33,574 bases of DNA, taken from an uncultured Bacilli bacterium (GTDB lineage Bacteria > Bacillota_I > Bacilli_A > RF39 > UBA660). Each line of letters opens with the position of its first letter. Positions within the stretch are counted from its first letter, which is position 1. The DNA is taken from NCBI GenBank assembly GCA_910578745.1, contig CAJTSN010000007.1, forward strand, positions 2,855 to 36,428, read 5' to 3'. Both the position numbers and the translations under genes were made by a program. This document shows, piece after piece, positions 31,980 through 33,574 of this stretch. The notes under the pieces were generated by a model. That model had not been told where the DNA came from and made no database searches. It saw only the letters and a program-made list of their open reading frames with translations.

Positions 31980-33574
31980 ATGGAAGTGACTATTAAAAAT
32001 TGTAATAATATCAAAGAAGGAATTATTGATATAGTTCTAAATAAACTAAATATTAAATATGGAATAAATGGAACGGGAAAATCAACCATTTCTAAAGCAA
32101 TTATTAAGCAAATAAATGGAGAAACATTAGATAATCTAAAACCTTTTAATAGTGATGAAAGTATAATGCCTGGTATAACAGGATGTGAAACCTTTAAAAG
32201 TGTAAAAATTTATAATGATGATTATGTTTCTCAATACTTATTTCTACCTAATGGAGATGATTTACATAAAAATTCTTTTGAAGTATTTATTAAACCAGAT
32301 AACTATGAAAGCCAGATAGAGGATATTAATAAGATTTTAAGTATAGTAAAGGAATACGTTTCAGAGAATAACATAATTAATAATTTAATAATTCAGAGAA
32401 ATGAACTAAATAAAATATTAAAATTAAATGCAAAAAGGACTTCAATAAATTCTACAGGTCTTGGAAAGGCTCTTGCCACAGGAAATAAAATAATTAATAT
32501 TCCAGAAGAATTATCAGAGTTTTCAAAATTATTGAATTTTAAGGATAAAGTAAAATGGTACAGCTGGCAAAATAGTGGACGAGAATATATTGTAGAAAAT
32601 AAATGCCCATTTTGTGCAAAAAAACTAGATGATAAATTTAAAGCATATATGGAGACATTAGATAATTTATTTGATAAAAAAAACGTTGAGGCATTATCAA
32701 AAATGGAATCTATATTTGAAAATATCTCTAATTTGATAAGTGAAGATACAAATAAATTTATTGATGATATTTTAAAAGATGAAAATCCTATTTCAGATAA
32801 AAATAAAGAAAAGGTCGCAAAATTAATTGTTGAAATAGATGTTATATGCAATAAACTTTTATTTTTTGTACAGTTAGATTACTCAAAATTAAAAGATATT
32901 GATGATTTAGAAAAAACATTATTATCTACAAGATTTAATATTAATGAGTATAAATACATTTGTGGTGATGATTTTCTTAACATTATTGATGAATTAAATC
33001 GTAAAATAGATGAAATGCAATCTAGCATACAACTATTAAGAAAAAATATTAATATTTTAAATTCTAGTATGAAGACGTATGCAAATAGAAATAGGCAGAG
33101 AATTAATGACTTTCTTGATACTGTGGGAATGAATTATGAGGTAAAAGTAGAAAATGAAAAATTACTTTTATTATATAAAGGAACTGAAATTATAGTGGAT
33201 GTTAATACTCATTTAAGTTGGGGAGAAAAAAATGCATTTGCATTATCTTTGTTTCTCTTTGATTGCAAACATGAAAATCCTGATTTAATAATATTAGATG
33301 ATCCTGTTTCTTCATTTGATTTTAATAAGAAATATGCAATTACTCACTATCTATTTAATCAAAAAGATAGTTTACAGGGAAAAACAATATTAATGTTAAC
33401 TCATGATTTAGAACCAATAATCAATATGGTTAAAATAAAAAAATTTGGTTTTGTATCTAGTTTTTATTTAGAAAACACAAATGGAGTTATTACAGAAAAT
33501 ATAATATTAGAAAATGATATTAATTCTATTTTAAATGTTACTAAAACAAATTATGAAAATACAAATATTAACAT
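31980..33574 (+). CDS. ABC-type P-loop ATPase of the AAA_13 (PrrC/RloC-like) family, 3'-truncated by the window edge (at least 531 codons)
   Basis: My translation starts at ATG 31980 (SD GTGAGGAA). Walker A GINGTGKST (32061-32087), CPFC (32604-32615), ABC signature-like LSWGEKNAFALSLFLF (from 33213), Walker B LIILDDPVSSFD (from 33285), and LTHD switch. There is no stop codon before the window end. Confidence 0.7.
   Translation, partial: MEVTIKNCNNIKEGIIDIVLNKLNIKYGINGTGKSTISKAIIKQINGETLDNLKPFNSDESIMPGITGCETFKSVKIYNDDYVSQYLFLPNGDDLHKNSFEVFIKPDNYESQIEDINKILSIVKEYVSENNIINNLIIQRNELNKILKLNAKRTSINSTGLGKALATGNKIINIPEELSEFSKLLNFKDKVKWYSWQNSGREYIVENKCPFCAKKLDDKFKAYMETLDNLFDKKNVEALSKMESIFENISNLISEDTNKFIDDILKDENPISDKNKEKVAKLIVEIDVICNKLLFFVQLDYSKLKDIDDLEKTLLSTRFNINEYKYICGDDFLNIIDELNRKIDEMQSSIQLLRKNINILNSSMKTYANRNRQRINDFLDTVGMNYEVKVENEKLLLLYKGTEIIVDVNTHLSWGEKNAFALSLFLFDCKHENPDLIILDDPVSSFDFNKKYAITHYLFNQKDSLQGKTILMLTHDLEPIINMVKIKKFGFVSSFYLENTNGVITENIILENDINSILNVTKTNYENTNIN

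Larger units (their letters stand above)
29491..33574. mobile_element. Putative integrative island (left part only) inserted downstream of secA
   Basis: It holds an integrase, a KilA-N protein and ATPase cargo. prfB is absent from its usual place after secA. The region looks more AT-rich than the flanking core genes. Boundaries and att sites are not determinable from this window. Confidence 0.4.

Noticed and set aside
32393-32851. 152-aa minus-strand ORF listed in the track
   Set aside because: It lies antisense to the long open-ended ATPase ORF, which has clear Walker A, signature and Walker B motifs. The product is low-complexity (Ser/Phe/Ile/Asn).
1-33574. CRISPR arrays, tRNA or rRNA genes, and IS elements with terminal inverted repeats
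   Set aside because: I scanned the intergenic regions by eye and found no regularly spaced direct repeats, cloverleaf-like sequences, rRNA-like stretches or transposase ORFs.

Overview
This is a 33.6-kb, visibly AT-rich chromosomal segment from an endospore-forming low-GC Bacillota (spoIIR, spoIID, a spoIIQ-like gene and spoIIID are all present). Most of it is a plus-strand run of core genes: rplI (partial), dnaB, a WalJ-like MBL hydrolase, rlmH, ldh (minus strand), spoIIR, mntP, fba-murA, a BI-1 family protein, rpmE, rpiB, mscL, spoIID-spoIIQ-spoIIID-mbl, a metallophosphoesterase, pgi, three membrane-anchored proteins around a phosphodiester glycosidase, a Ca-type P-type ATPase, a cold-shock protein, hpf and secA. 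Two accessory insertions stand out. (1) At about 22.2-25.9 kb there is an orphan AbiEi-like gene plus a non-canonical agr-type quorum-sensing locus. A LytTR response regulator and an AgrC-like kinase on the plus strand converge on agrB and a 40-codon agrD-like propeptide gene (24981..25103, minus). That small gene is too short to appear in the supplied ORF track. A 9-12-9 LytTR-type direct repeat lies in the agrB/csp intergenic region. (2) From about 29.5 kb to the window end, synteny breaks after secA, where prfB would be expected. This stretch holds a KilA-N protein, a tyrosine integrase split by a frame break inside an A8 run, and a large open-ended ORF (31980 to the window end). That ORF is absent from the track because it has no stop codon in the window. 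It encodes an ABC/AAA_13 (PrrC/RloC-like) ATPase with a CPFC motif midway through a long insertion. It is probably defence or abortive-infection cargo, and its C-terminal part and any partner genes lie beyond the window. I saw no rRNA, tRNA or CRISPR array. All calls come from reading the sequence and from motif memory; no database search was run.
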